Positions 1-12,317 are shown, numbered from the stretch's first letter. The stretch: 64,000 nt of DNA from an uncultured Methanosarcinaceae archaeon (GCA_963727895.1 CAVSHT010000004.1:352001-416000), one strand, 5' to 3'. Translations and numbers: made by a program. Notes: generated by a model not told the origin, from the sequence alone.

Positions 1-82
1 CCTTATCTGGAGTCCATTCTAAAAAATCTAGTTTACATGCTTGCAATTCTGAAAAATACATTTCCTCATTTTGATCTCCCAT
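1..82 (-). CDS. 5' end of a gene running off the window (possibly a regulator divergent from the MFS gene)
   Basis: ATG at 82 with upstream GGAG; reads MGDQNEEMYFSELQACKLDFLEWTPDK. Confidence 0.4.
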   Translation of the reverse strand, partial: MGDQNEEMYFSELQACKLDFLEWTPDK

Positions 83-449
83 AAAGTTTACCAACTCCTT
101 AAACTACTATTTTATCTTATTTATTCGCCCACTATAACTAGGCATTTAAGTAATAAAATACTTTTTAATTCAGGGGTCTGTGGAACCCCTAATTTATGTA
201 AATAATTACTACAACTTTTTTGTTTACATTATAGACTATCAGTTTAATTTTTATTTCTTTTACTTGATTATAGAATTTTTTTGCTTTAGTTTCTCCAAAC
301 TTCTTTTTAGCAACAGAGAAAGTTTTATCCGCTATGTTTCTTTCATTGTATTTAGTTTTGTTAATAATTATAATTATATTGTAAACTGGGTTTACTCTTT
401 ATAGCCAGTTATAATATTTTACCAGTAAAAATGTAAAATGGGTTTTGTT

Positions 450-1676
450 ATGCATTTTCAAAAAGAAAAAGATAATTTCATAGAAAAACGAAATGGAGAA
501 TTAAGAACTAATTTAAAAGGGACGGTGCTGCTACTGGCTCTTTTGACCGTATTTCCCCCTCTGTCCACAGATATATGATCCTGCCTGCAATTCCTTCCCT
601 TGCCAAAACCTGGAACCAGCCGCTGTCTATAGTTAACCTGATTATAATCAGCTTTTTCGTTACTTATGGGTTTTGTCTTCTTTTCTACGGTCCGGTTTCA
701 GACCGGTTTGGACGCCGAAAGCCTCTCCTTTTTGGACTTACAGTATATATAATTGCAAGTTTTTTCTGCGCTATGGCTTCAAACGCTTCCACACTTATTT
801 TCTTACGCATTTTACAGGCAGCAGGAGCTGCTGCAAGCTCTTCTATTTCAATGGCAATGACAAAGGACATTTTTTCCGGGAATGAAAGAGAAAAAATTTT
901 GGCTTACATATCTGTAATTATAGCTCTTGCTCCTATGATTGCTCCCGTACTTGGAGGCTGGATACTCACCAGGTTCTCCTGGCACTGGATATTTATTATA
1001 CAGGCAACCGCTGGAGTTATAGGGCTACTTGGTGTTCTACGTTTTTCAGAGACGCTTTCTCAGGTGTCCGATGTTCCTTTATCAAGAATGATACACAGTT
1101 ATGGCTGACTGCTGCTCAATCCTTCCTATATTGTTCTGGTTCTTGTCATGTCAATAAGCCTTTTTCCCTTATACACATTCATTGCAGGCTCTTCTGCCAT
1201 TTATGTTAATTAATTTGGGCTGAACGAGCAGAATTATAGCTATTTTTTGCCTTCAATGCTCTAGCCTTGATGGTAGGTTCTTTTTCCTGCCTTCGGTTGA
1301 TAAGAAGCACAAGTTCAAAGCATCTAATGACGATTGGATTTGCTGGAATTTTTCTGGGTGGGATTATTCTCTTTTTCACTGGACAACATAGCACATGGAG
1401 TTTTGCCCTGCCAATGTTCCTTGTCACATTTTCAATAGGTCTTAGCCGTCCTCCAAGCAACAATCTCGTACTGGAACAGGTCGATAAAGACGTTGGATCA
1501 GCTTCTTCCTTACTGATTTTCACCTATTTCACCCTCGGAGCTGTAGGCATGCGGCTCATATCCCTTGAATGGGAAGACAAAATCCCTGTACTTGGAGCTA
1601 TCATCGTTGGCTGTGGGCTTTAGTGATTGCAGCATGGACTATTCTACAAAAAAGAGGTATAAAGGGAACTACCTGA
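450..1676 (+). pseudogene. Bcr/CflA-family MFS drug efflux transporter, disrupted
   Basis: MFS motif A (GPVSDRFGRR) and PPLSTD-like start; frameshift near 572, TGA at 1106-1108, further shifts near 1210-1250 and 1620. Confidence 0.85.
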
Positions 1677-1781
1677 AAACAATAATCAAAATGAGAAAAA
1701 TGTTAACAAAAAGATGCATGTGATATAAATGGACAAAGCAATAGTAAGGAGCTTATCCTGAGATTCAAATGTTCATCTTTT

Positions 1782-2450
1782 TTATTTCCTTACTTCCATT
1801 TCTTTTTGTCGCTTTACGAACTTTGCTCCCATCTCAAAAGCTTTCTGACAGTCCAGCGGAAAAACTTCCTTTCTCCTTTTTGCTTTTTCCTCGAGATCAA
1901 ATTTGTCTGCCACATACTTTGAATAGTCGTCAAACTGATAAGTATCGGTACTGCAAAGTGATTCAGAATATCCAAAGATCCTCTTCGTAAAATTTTCATT
2001 TAATTCTATAGTTTTCTTGAGCCCAAACATATCAAAATATTCTTCCTTTATCCCCATCGTGTAGATAAAACCAACAGGAATGTTTTTTGGATAAAGCGAG
2101 GGAAGACTATCGGAATAAACGAGGTATGGAAATACATAACGCTCCATGAATGATCTCATCTCGCCTGTAGAGTTCCCAAGGTAAATTGGCGATCCGAGTA
2201 TCACTGCATCTGCATCTTTCAACCTCTCAAGCACAGGTGTCAAATCGTCATGCATTGCACATTTTCCATAGCTTTTTCCGTCCTTCAATTTGCAGGCAAA
2301 ACAACTTGTACAGCCTTTAAAATTGAAGTCATAGAGGTGGATTATTTCTGTTTCTGCACCCTCTGAAGTTGCTCCTTCAAGAGCTTTTTCAAGCAGGGTT
2401 GCTGTATTCCATTTCTTTCGAGGACTTCCGTTTATCGCTATTACTTTCAT
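1782..2450 (-). CDS. flavodoxin-family / iron-sulfur flavoprotein (NADPH-dependent FMN reductase fold)
   Basis: INGSPRK..NT, CxxCxxC...C cluster, LGSPIY. Confidence 0.9.
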   Translation of the reverse strand: MKVIAINGSPRKKWNTATLLEKALEGATSEGAETEIIHLYDFNFKGCTSCFACKLKDGKSYGKCAMHDDLTPVLERLKDADAVILGSPIYLGNSTGEMRSFMERYVFPYLVYSDSLPSLYPKNIPVGFIYTMGIKEEYFDMFGLKKTIELNENFTKRIFGYSESLCSTDTYQFDDYSKYVADKFDLEEKAKRRKEVFPLDCQKAFEMGAKFVKRQKEMEVRK

Positions 2451-2722
2451 GACTTTTACCTCTTATTTTCAATTTCTTTTATATTTATATTCATAATTTG
2501 GATACTGAATTTTCTGTATGCGATCACTACGCTTTTTTCTCTGATTAGAGGTAATTTTTTAAATCAGTAATGAAATTAGGCAAGTTATTTACAAAGTTCG
2601 GTATATCTCATATAATATTGTGAAAACCTCCGAGATATTAACTCCAGTATTTTTAAGTTCGATATATAAAGAATATTAACAGCTTTCCAGTCAACTGATG
2701 CTTTTCCAGAGTTAAGAGTTTC

Positions 2723-3702
2723 ATGAATAAGCAAAAAGCCATACTGATATTATTATTTCTCCTTCCCCTTCTTTTCGTGTTGTATCTTTATGTTCCTTCA
2801 TAATTATGTCTTTTATTGACAGTTCATGGTACCATTCCAAGGAAATCGATATTGGGCCTCTTAATTACAGTCCCGTACTCACGAAAGCGGAGAAAGCCGG
2901 CTATGAAGTGGAAGGCGCCTAGTCCTAGCCCGGAAACTTTTCGGGCTTTGAACCCGGGGATGTCCCGGAGATTCGGAAAAGCTTTGGAAGTGCTCCTCTT
3001 GTGCAGGATATAAGGCTTAACTATAACGATAACTCTGAGATTATAGTCTTTGTATGCGAAGACAGGTCGGAAAACTGGACAAGAACCTGCGTTGCTGTCT
3101 CGAACTTTAGTCACTCTGATCCAAATTCTCCTTTACAGAGATCGGAATTCCCAGATGACTTCTGGACGCTTGAAAAACTCAGGCTCCTCTTTGGCTCGGA
3201 TGAAAAAGTCCCGGAAAGTATCTTGAGGCTCTGAAAAAAGCCGCACAAAACCAGACATGGGATGCTGAAATACAGGTGAACGAATCTCCAGATATTCCAG
3301 CTGTATATGCTTATCTTATGGAAAACAGTAACATTTCCAGTTACAGATCCAGTTTGGGTATTTTATACCCCACAACAGGTTCGGGCATGGAATTTTTTTT
3401 AAAGGACGGGAACCGGCTGGGTTCGGCAAGATGTTTTATTCCGGAGGCAAGGGTAATAAATTATGATAAGGGGAACAGAGGTACACAGGAAACAGGTACA
3501 TAGTTGAACTCAGTGCTTCAGGAAAAGTCAGGCTCGAAATCATAATGCATCTCGGAAGCGGTGGAGAATCGATACCTTAAGAGGAATATCGTGCATTTTT
3601 CAAGAAGATGTTTGAAGAAATGGGGCTTTCTCCTGAAGCAGTGGACAACTTTGAATTTTTTTACACTTCTTTAATGATGTGATGAAACTGCCTGAAGCTT
3701 AA
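2723..3702 (+). pseudogene. membrane-anchored hypothetical protein, fragmented
   Basis: hydrophobic N-terminus MNKQKAILILLFLLPLLFVLYLY followed by several stops/frameshifts (track ORFs 3001-3234, 3276-3503). Confidence 0.45.
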
Positions 3703-3739
3703 GCAATTTCTTTATCTCGCGGGAACTGGAGTTTATAAC

Positions 3740-4396
3740 TATAGTCTTGAATGCAACTTCTTACACGTATTACCACTTCTCTATTCTTATGGTGGGAAAA
3801 GAACACATTCCTATTTATCAAAATATAACTCTTGATGAGATTAACGTTTCAATCAGACATGAAAACAATTCAAGAATGCTTAAAAGACTCTATTTTGTCA
3901 AATCCGATTTTTAGGGGATTCTGTTGAAAAAGCTACAACTAAAGTTGGAGCTACTAAGAAAACAGGATATTATTGGCAAGAAAATTGGAATAAAGGTGGC
4001 TATGCCGCCTTAATACCAAATTTTGGTGGAGGACGAAAACCCAAGCTTACCGATAAGCAAATAAAAGAATTAAAAATTTTGTTAGAAAAAAAGGATTACT
4101 GGACTACAAGAAGTGTTTTAGAGATAGTAAAGGAAAAATATGGTGTAGAGTATTCACAGAAGCAAATTTGGGTCATACTACATAATTTTAAGTATCATTC
4201 AAAACCATATACTCTTAACTATAGAAGACCTGAAAACGCTGAGGAAATTTTAAAAAAGTTAATAAAAGCAATTCCAGAGTATATTGGTCCAGATGACCAA
4301 TATATCATAGGTTTTCTGGATGAATCTTCACCACAAACAAAAGCAAATACGCAACGATTATGGTCATTTAAAAAGCCTTTAATGCTTAAAAATACG
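3740..4396 (+). mobile_element. IS630-family element, degenerate, 3'-truncated by IS6
   Basis: transposase pieces: HTH region, GGRKPKL, WTT..V..I...YGV.YS, GFLDESSPQT..NTQRLWS; TA at left end. Confidence 0.8.
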
Positions 4397-5253
4397 GGTT
4401 CCGTTGCAAAAAATATCTGCTAAGGATATAATTAAAATAAAAATGAAATCAAAGATAGTGATATGCTATCTAATTCCTTTAAATGGAAGCACTTTGTTGG
4501 TGAAATTATTTTATTGAATGTTAGATGGTACTTAAAATACCCACTTAGTTATAGAAATTTAAAGGAAATGATGGCAGAAAGAGGGATAATAGTCAACCAT
4601 ACAACCATTATGAGATGGGTACATCAATATTCACCTGAAATCGAAAAGAAGGTCAGAAGGCATTTAAGACCAACAAACGATTCTTGGAGAGTTGATAAAA
4701 CTTATATCAGAGTTAAAGGTGAATGGAAATATTTTTACCGAGCAGTTGACTCAAATGGAGATACAATTGATTTCATGTTAAGTGCAAAACGAGACCAAAA
4801 AGCAGCGAACAGATTCTTCAAAAAAGCTTTGAACTCTAATCATAATCAAATTCCAAGAGTAATCACAGTTGACAAAAATCCAGCTTATCCACCTGCTATA
4901 GATAAACTGAAAAATGATAAAATACTACCTATAAACGTAGGCATTCGACAAATCAAATATTTGAATAACATTATAAAACAAGATCATAGATCCATTAAAC
5001 GAATAGTTAATCCAATGTTAGGATTTCAGTCTTTTCATACAGCCATTAAAACTTTAAAAGGAATTGAAGCTATGAATATGATTAAAAAAGGACAAATCAA
5101 GAACTTAAATTACTCTGGCTTTAATGAAGCTAAATATATTAATCAATTATTTGGAATAGTTCTATAATATTGACATATCTTTTTGAATATTTTAACTTTT
5201 ATTCATTATTCATAGATTTACAGGCTTATTCTAAGATTTTTTGCAACGGAACC
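4397..5253 (+). mobile_element. IS6-family element copy 1 (transposase 4463-5167)
   Basis: IRs GGTTCCGTTGCAAAAAAT; 234-aa IS240-type DDE transposase with DKTY and IKQDH substitutions. Confidence 0.97.
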
Positions 5254-5341
5254 TTTCTTTATATTGGAATACTTAGACAAAATATTGGTTTTAAAATTGG
5301 ACTTTGTATTCGCTTCCAATATTCATGCCTCATGGGGATTA

Positions 5342-7756
5342 TTACCTTCCAAGCTTCTTTTCCGTTTCAAGAACTTTAAGAGTAACTTTCATAATCGAAT
5401 CCGGATTAAGTGAAATGGAATCTATCCCCTCTTTTACCAGGAACTCTGCGATTTCGGGATAGTCACTGGGTGCCTGTCCACAGATCCCGCTGTGTCTTCT
5501 ATTCTGCTTTGCTCCCTGTACAGCCATTGCCATTATTTTCATAACTCCTGGATCTCTTTCATCAAACTCTGCAGTAAGGATTTCCGAGTCTCTGTCAACT
5601 CCAAGAGTCAGCTGGGTCAGATCGTTTGAGCCTATCGAGAAGCCATCGAAATATTTACTGAATTCGTCAATTTGAAGAACATTATTTGGAATCTCGCACA
5701 TGACATAGATCTGAAGCCCATTTTCTCCCCTCTTTAAACCGTTTTTCTCCATTTCTGCAATTACTTTTTGAGCTTCTTCAACGGTTCTGCAGAAGGGAAT
5801 CATAATAATTAGATTTTTAAGCCCCATTTCTTCTCTAACTTTTTTCAGAGCTCTGCATTCAAGGGCAAAACCTTCCCTGTAACGCTCATTGAAATAACGA
5901 GAAGCTCCCCTGAACCCCAGCATTGGATTATCCTCTTTTCCTTCAAAATAACTGCCTCCAAGAAGGCTTTCATACTCATTGCTTTTGAAGTCGCTTGTGC
6001 GGACTACAACACTTTTTGGGTAAAAAGCAGCAGCAATGGTTCCAACTCCCTGAGCAAGTTTCTCTACAAAATATTCTTCTTTGTTATCAGAATTTTGCGT
6101 AAGTTCCTCAATTTCCTGAAGGATCTTCGGATCCTTAACCTTTTCAGGATGCACTAGAGCCATTGGATGGATCTTGATATAGTTTGAAATAATAAATTCC
6201 AGCCTTGCAAGCCCAATTCCATCGTTTGGGACCATGGAAAGGCTAAAAGCTCCTTCAGGATTTCCAAGATTCATCATAATTTCAGTTTTAGGGCGTTTTG
6301 TGCCTTTAAGGCTCAATGTATCTTTGTGGAAAGGAAGAATTCCCTCGTACACAATCCCATCTTCACCTTCAGCACAGCTTACGGTAATTTCCTTACCCGT
6401 CTCGAGAACTTCGGTCGCGTTACCTGTTCCCACAACTGCCGGAACTCCCAGTTCCCGGCTAACAATTGCAGCATGGGAGGTTCTTCCTCCCCGGTTCGTG
6501 ACAATTGCAGCCGCTATTTTCATCACAGGCTCCCAGTCCGGAGTTGTAGAATCAGCAATCAGGATCTCTCCCTGTTTAAAAGAAGGCAGATCTGAAACAT
6601 TGGGGATTACATGTGCTTTTCCAGCAGCAATTTTGTCTCCTATGCTCTTGCCTTTTGCAAGGACATTAGATTTCTTTTCGAGCACATAAGTTTCCAGAAT
6701 GTCTTGACTTTTTTGAGACTGAACAGTTTCCGGTCTCGCCTGCACTATAAAGAGTTCTCCTGTTATCCCATCCTTTGCCCATTCGATATCCATGGGCATG
6801 GGCTTCTTATTTTTATTTGAGTAATAGTCTTCAATGGTAATAGCGTACCATGCAAGTTTAAGCACTTCTTCATCATTGATACAGAATCGACTTCTATCAG
6901 CCTCAGAAACCTCGACATTCCGGGTAAGCATTTTGGAACCGCCTTGCCCATAGATCATCTTAATTTTTTTATCTCCCACATTTTTTTCGAGAATCGGCTT
7001 GTACCCGTCCTTGAAAGTTGACTTGAAAACGTAGAACTCGTCTGGATTGACCTGACCCTGCACGATATTCTCCCCAAGCCCATAGGAGCCTGTGATAAAA
7101 ACTACGTCCCTGAAACCTGTTTCTGTATCCAGAGTAAATATAACGCCGCTTGAAGCCATATCAGATCGGACCATTTTCATTATTCCTATTGACAGAGCCA
7201 CTTTAAAATGGTCAAAGTTATTTATTACTCGATAAGAAATAGCCCTATCAGTAAAAAGTGAGGCAATACAGCGTACGCAAGCGTCCCGAAGTGCTGGATA
7301 ACCCCGGATATTAAGATAAGATTCCTGCTGGCCCGCAAAAGAAGCAGTTGGAAGATCTTCAGCTGTAGCCGAACTCCTTACGGCAACATCAGTGTTTTCT
7401 CCATATTGCTCACATAAATGGTCATATCCAGCTTTTATTTCCTGCCATAGATCATCCGGAATTCCTGCACCAAGAATCAAATCCCTTGCAGCTTTTCCTT
7501 TTTTTGCAAGGTCAGCTACATTTGAGGTATCAAGTCCTTCCAGAGTTTGCTTGAGCTTTTCTAGAATTCCTCCGGTTTTGAGGACATGCCAGTAGGCTTC
7601 AGCAGTTACTGAGAAACCGTTTGGGATTTTTACTCCCTTTGGAGTAAGTTCCCTGTACATTTCCCCAAGAGAGGCATTTTTTCCACCCACAAGTGGAACA
7701 TCTTCAATCGACGTTTCATTAAACCAGCGTATGTATTTGCTTTGATTCTCATCCAT
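5342..7756 (-). CDS. ppsA: phosphoenolpyruvate synthase
   Basis: VGGKNASLGEM, AVRSSATAED, GGRTSHAAIVSRE (phospho-His), FSIGSNDLTQ, GICGQAPSD. Confidence 0.97.
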   Translation of the reverse strand: MDENQSKYIRWFNETSIEDVPLVGGKNASLGEMYRELTPKGVKIPNGFSVTAEAYWHVLKTGGILEKLKQTLEGLDTSNVADLAKKGKAARDLILGAGIPDDLWQEIKAGYDHLCEQYGENTDVAVRSSATAEDLPTASFAGQQESYLNIRGYPALRDACVRCIASLFTDRAISYRVINNFDHFKVALSIGIMKMVRSDMASSGVIFTLDTETGFRDVVFITGSYGLGENIVQGQVNPDEFYVFKSTFKDGYKPILEKNVGDKKIKMIYGQGGSKMLTRNVEVSEADRSRFCINDEEVLKLAWYAITIEDYYSNKNKKPMPMDIEWAKDGITGELFIVQARPETVQSQKSQDILETYVLEKKSNVLAKGKSIGDKIAAGKAHVIPNVSDLPSFKQGEILIADSTTPDWEPVMKIAAAIVTNRGGRTSHAAIVSRELGVPAVVGTGNATEVLETGKEITVSCAEGEDGIVYEGILPFHKDTLSLKGTKRPKTEIMMNLGNPEGAFSLSMVPNDGIGLARLEFIISNYIKIHPMALVHPEKVKDPKILQEIEELTQNSDNKEEYFVEKLAQGVGTIAAAFYPKSVVVRTSDFKSNEYESLLGGSYFEGKEDNPMLGFRGASRYFNERYREGFALECRALKKVREEMGLKNLIIMIPFCRTVEEAQKVIAEMEKNGLKRGENGLQIYVMCEIPNNVLQIDEFSKYFDGFSIGSNDLTQLTLGVDRDSEILTAEFDERDPGVMKIMAMAVQGAKQNRRHSGICGQAPSDYPEIAEFLVKEGIDSISLNPDSIMKVTLKVLETEKKLGR

Positions 7757-8167
7757 TTCCCCGAACTCCCATTTAAAATTATTATAGTTTTGAAATAATC
7801 ATAACTTGTATTTACGGTTCCGTAAATTAGTTGAAACGTTCCCCATAGCGTATTAGCTATTCCCAAATAAAGGCCCCAATATAATTATGCATCAATGAAA
7901 GAAATGAATTTCCCCTGTTCAAACTGTTCTTTTTTATGACCCATATAATAAGTCACGAAATATACGTTAAAAAGATATTTGTATCAACTGAAGTAAAAAT
8001 GCTCTTTAATTAGTACTCACACAGTAATAATTGTATTTAACAGTAAAATGTATATTACCGTAAGTACAAGGTATATCTTAAGAATTCTAAATAAAATTGA
8101 ACTGTGTGCTCCATTTTAACGGGGAGATGAAACATACATTTTTTAGAGAAATGGGGGGACAAATACA

Positions 8168-8310
8168 TTGCTAGATAGTGAAATAAAGAATCTCAAACAT
8201 CCTGCCGAAATACCTCTTTTTGTTGTTTCTTTATTAATTAGTGTTTTTATTTATGCCGTATTAATGACAATACCACTTCTCTATCCTGAAAAACTCGGGA
8301 TTGAGTATAT
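8168..8310 (+). pseudogene. N-terminal fragment of a membrane protein, truncated by IS6
   Basis: RBS, TTG start and a hydrophobic segment reading directly into the IS6 IR. Confidence 0.55.
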
Positions 8311-9167
8311 GGTTCCGTTGCAAAAAATATCTGCTAAGGATATAATTAAAATAAAAATGAAATCAAAGATAGTGATATGCTATCTAATTCCTTTAAATGG
8401 AAGCACTTTGTTGGTGAAATTATTTTATTGAATGTTAGATGGTACTTAAAATACCCACTTAGTTATGGAAATTTAAAGGAAATGATGGCAGAAAGAGGGA
8501 TAATAGTCAACCATACAACTATTATGAGATGGGTACATCAATATTCACCTGAAATCGAAAAGAAGGTCAGAAGGCATTTAAGACCAACAAACGACTCTTG
8601 GAGAGTTGATGAAACTTATATCAGAGTTAAAGGTGAATGGAAATATTTTTACCGAGCAGTTGACTCAAATGGAGATACAATTGATTTCATGTTAAGTGCA
8701 AAACGAGACCAAAAAGCAGCAAAACGTTTCTTTAAGAAAGCTTTGAACTCTAATCATAATCAAATTCCAAGAGTAATCACAGTTGACAAAAATCCAGCTT
8801 ATCCACCTGCTATAGATAAACTGAAAAATGATAAAATACTACCTATAAACGTAGGCATTCGACAAATCAAATATTTGAATAACATTATAGAACAGGATCA
8901 TAGATCCATTAAACGAATAGTTAATCCAATGTTAGGATTTCAGTCTTTTCATACAGCCATTAAAACTTTAAAAGGAATTGAAGCTATGAATATGATTAAA
9001 AAAGGACAAATCAAGAACTTAAATTACTCTGGCTTTAATGAAGCTAAATATATTAATCAATTATTTGGAATAGTTCTATAATATTGACATATCTTTTTGA
9101 ATATTTTAACTTTTATTCATTATTCATAGATTTACAGGCTTATTCTAAGATTTTTTGCAACGGAACC
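8311..9167 (+). mobile_element. IS6-family element copy 2 (intact transposase 8377-9081)
   Basis: same IRs and 857-bp length; DETY...DKNPAY...IEQDH. Confidence 0.97.
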
Positions 9168-10199
9168 ACAAAAGCTACCAGCCCGAAAATTGCGTTTGAG
9201 GTATTTACTCCGGAACTTGAAATTATGAATTCTTTCGAACTCTCAAGTGTTGCAGGATTACTGGCATAAGGATCAGAATAGAGAGAAGTTTTTAGCTTTC
9301 CAAGCTCAGGTTCGGAGGTTTTTTTCTTAAGGGGAATTCTGTCAAAATCCACTTTTGCGGCAAGACCAGTGAGAAGTGCTGCAATTGCTGAAGAAAGTCC
9401 TGGGAGCCATGCCACAAGTGAACCCGCTGCACTGCCTGTAAGGATTCCTCTCAAAATTCGTTTTCGAGAAAGTTTGAGTGCAGAAACAGATTCCTCTGGA
9501 ATTTTAGAGCTTGTTAGAAGGCTTATAATTAATTGGGATGCTCCGAAAAGCCCACTCAAGAGGGGAAGGAGTATAGAAGGTTCTCCAAAACTTACAATTG
9601 GAACCATTAGAAATTCTCTGGAAAATGCAAAAAGCCCAAGTAAGCCTGTGATCAAGAATAAAACTAACGCAAAAAATTTGTACTTATATTTTGCAAGTAG
9701 ATTTCTCTTTTTAGAATCGTCATCTTTTTCATTTTTTTCACTTGCAAGCATCAGAAATACTATTAAAATAAGAATCCATGCCATATGCGCTTCAATATAA
9801 GGATAAACAGCTTTAAAAAAGAGAGAAAAAGGTACCACGAAAATCAGAGCGGCAACTACCGAGCCCGCGCTTCCAAGTGCTGAAAGGCGAACTGCTTCGG
9901 CTCCTGCTCCATCAAGCAGAAGCCTGTGTCCTGGCAGGACTGTTAGTGCGGTATCTCCATCCGGCGCTCCTAAAAATATTGATGGGATTATGTCATGAAA
10001 GATCTGAGATATAGCGTTTGAAAAAATAATCACAGCTATGTAAAAAGGTGCAAGTCCTTTCTCAGCTAGGAATGGGGCAAAGGCTACTAGTGCAAGTGCA
10101 AAATTATTTTATGTATTCCAGGAAGAAGACCTGAGATTATGCCAAGAAGGTAACCCCCTAAAATTGACAAAAAAGTAAGAATAAAGAGACACCTTCCAC
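9168..10199 (-). pseudogene. archaeal TctA-family (tripartite tricarboxylate transporter) permease, frameshifted and 3'-truncated by IS6
   Basis: GLLPGIH.NN, IPSIFLGAPDGDTAL..LPGH motifs; frameshift near 10110; C-terminus replaced by IS6. Confidence 0.8.
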
Positions 10200-10635
10200 T
10201 TAGTAACCACCCAATACTTTGTTTAAATCTTTAAAAACTATTACAGGTAGTTACAATTATTTCTATAAACAGATATTTTAAGCATACTTGTGAAAAGAAA
10301 TTGCTTATCATTCAAAATGAAGAATTAAAATAATAGAATAGAATAAGAAAGTGATAAAAAGAAATAGGAACGTTATAAAAAAGAAATAAGAAAGTAGTTA
10401 GATTAATTTAACTATACTAAAAAGATTTAGTTCTTTAATTTTAAAAGTTATAATATAAATTTTTTGTGGTGGAGTTCCGTAATCTTTTATGATATTTTGG
10501 AAGCATATATAAAAATATAATCTAACTGGTTGATAAGTGCCTCAAAATTTTTTGTTCCTTTGATCACATCAAAGAAAATAAAAAATCAATTCCATTTATG
10601 TTTTATATGTGACCGATATCTTATATTATGTAGTT

Positions 10636-10930
10636 CTAAATGCTAATTTTGAATGGGGTTCATGAGTAGCATTTAGTGAATATGTAGAGCAAGGATACCG
10701 AGGTTCGCCATTCCTCAACCTTGTCCTCCATAAGTCAGAAGCTCTCCCTTAATCAGAAGCCACCGAGGTTTTTTGCCATTCCTCAAGCTTTAGTTTCAGG
10801 AGATACTTCATATGGGAAACGGAAAGAGGTTCGCCATTCCTCACTTCCGATTCCCTTAATTTCAGAAGCAAAAAGAAGTGAGAGGTAAATCCCTCTCAAT
10901 ACTGTTTTTCCTCTCACTTCAATTGCCTTC
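10636..10930 (+). ncRNA. candidate multi-hairpin small RNA
   Basis: five inverted repeats; three share GAGG-(TT..GCCATT)-CCTC; TATA-like TTATATTA at 10621. Confidence 0.55.
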
Positions 10931-11318
10931 TTTATGATCACATTTTCATAGTTAGTGTTGTTTTATTTCTCTCCGTTTTTCTAGTATTATTGTTACAATT
11001 TCTATCTCAGCATACTGATGAAATGAAAATTCCTGTCAAACTAGATAATAAATTCACTAATAATTCACTAAAATCAAGAAATAACTTCATCAAAAACAAT
11101 CAAGTTTCCAAAATTGGGATTTTCGGGATTGGAGTAGTCAGAAAAAAGAGAGCTGTAAATATTTGTTATTAAAAACACATACAAAACCATATATATGAGC
11201 GGTTCCTGTTCTAAAAGAACCCTGACATAATATTATTAAAAAAACTTGATTATGTATCTATAGGTAAGGTTTAATTTTTTCAGATTATTTTCAGCAATTC
11301 GTAGAAAAAAGGATTTAG

Positions 11319-12227
11319 ATGACAATCAAATGCAAAAAATGCAATCATGAAGCTATCGTTTTTCAGAAATATTCCGGAATGCATCTTTGCAAAAAACATT
11401 TTGTAGAAGATGTTGAAAGAAAAATCAAACTGACAATCCGGAGAGAATACAGTATCCAAAAAAACGATGTAATAGCTGTTGCCTTAAGTGGGGGTAAAGA
11501 TAGCTCAGTTGCTCTCTATGTAATGCATAAAATTCTAGGGAACAGACCTGACATTAAAATCATAGCAATCTCAGTGGATGAAGGAATAAATGGATACCGT
11601 CCGCATTCCCTAGAACTCGCAAAAAGCCTCACAAAGATGCTTGGAGTCCAGCATGTTATAAAATCTTTTAAAGATGTACATGGAGTAACTATGGACGAGC
11701 TGGCGGCAATGGATCGGGAAAAAGGCGCATGCAGCTATTGCGGAGTTCTTAGGAAAAATGTCCTTAATAAAGCTGCACTCGAAATAGGAGCAACAAAACT
11801 CGTCACAGGGCATAATCTGGATGATGAAGCCCAGACAATCCTTCTTAATCACTTAAGGGGAGATATGGAGCGCATGGTCAGGCTTGCTCCGCCGGCAGCT
11901 ATTGACGGCCTGGTGTTACGGGCAAAACCTCTAAGGAATATTCCTGAAAAAGAAGTGGCACTTTATGCCATTGTAAATTCTCTACCTGTGGATTTTAGTG
12001 AATGTCCTTATGCAGGAGAAGCTTTGCGAGGGGAAATACGTGAGCTTCTGAATAACTTTGAGGCAAAACATCCGGGAACTAAATATTCTTTACTCAGAGG
12101 TTTTGACAAGCTTGCGGGAGCTCTTGCAAAAGAAATGCCTCCTGCACATCTCAAAAAATGCAGGATTTGTGGAGAGACCTGCAATGAAGATGTATGCCAG
12201 ACCTGCAAATTGCTAGGTCGGGCTTGA
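11319..12227 (+). CDS. TIGR00269-family tRNA 2-thiolation protein (NcsA/Ncs6/TtuA-like)
   Basis: N- and C-terminal Zn fingers, PP-loop SGGKDS, CSYCGVLR, TGHNLDD, ECPY. Confidence 0.9.
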   Translation: MTIKCKKCNHEAIVFQKYSGMHLCKKHFVEDVERKIKLTIRREYSIQKNDVIAVALSGGKDSSVALYVMHKILGNRPDIKIIAISVDEGINGYRPHSLELAKSLTKMLGVQHVIKSFKDVHGVTMDELAAMDREKGACSYCGVLRKNVLNKAALEIGATKLVTGHNLDDEAQTILLNHLRGDMERMVRLAPPAAIDGLVLRAKPLRNIPEKEVALYAIVNSLPVDFSECPYAGEALRGEIRELLNNFEAKHPGTKYSLLRGFDKLAGALAKEMPPAHLKKCRICGETCNEDVCQTCKLLGRA

Positions 12228-12317
12228 AAATAAAAATAAAGGCAGTAGCCTTTTAGAGGCAATCTATCAGAAAGGTCTTTTTGAATATTTTTTGAAAATA
12301 TATATGAAGCCAATCTT

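Noticed and set aside
180..404. AT-rich 74-aa ORF
   Set aside because: Low-complexity intergenic promoter region between divergent genes
5170..5379. MTYLFEYF... ORFs after the IS6 copies (also 9084, 26139, 56490)
   Set aside because: They start inside the IS right end and run into unrelated flanks
10700..10842. Hairpin units as a mini-CRISPR array
   Set aside because: The repeat is only 17-20 nt, the intervening sequences pair around each repeat, and no cas genes are in the window
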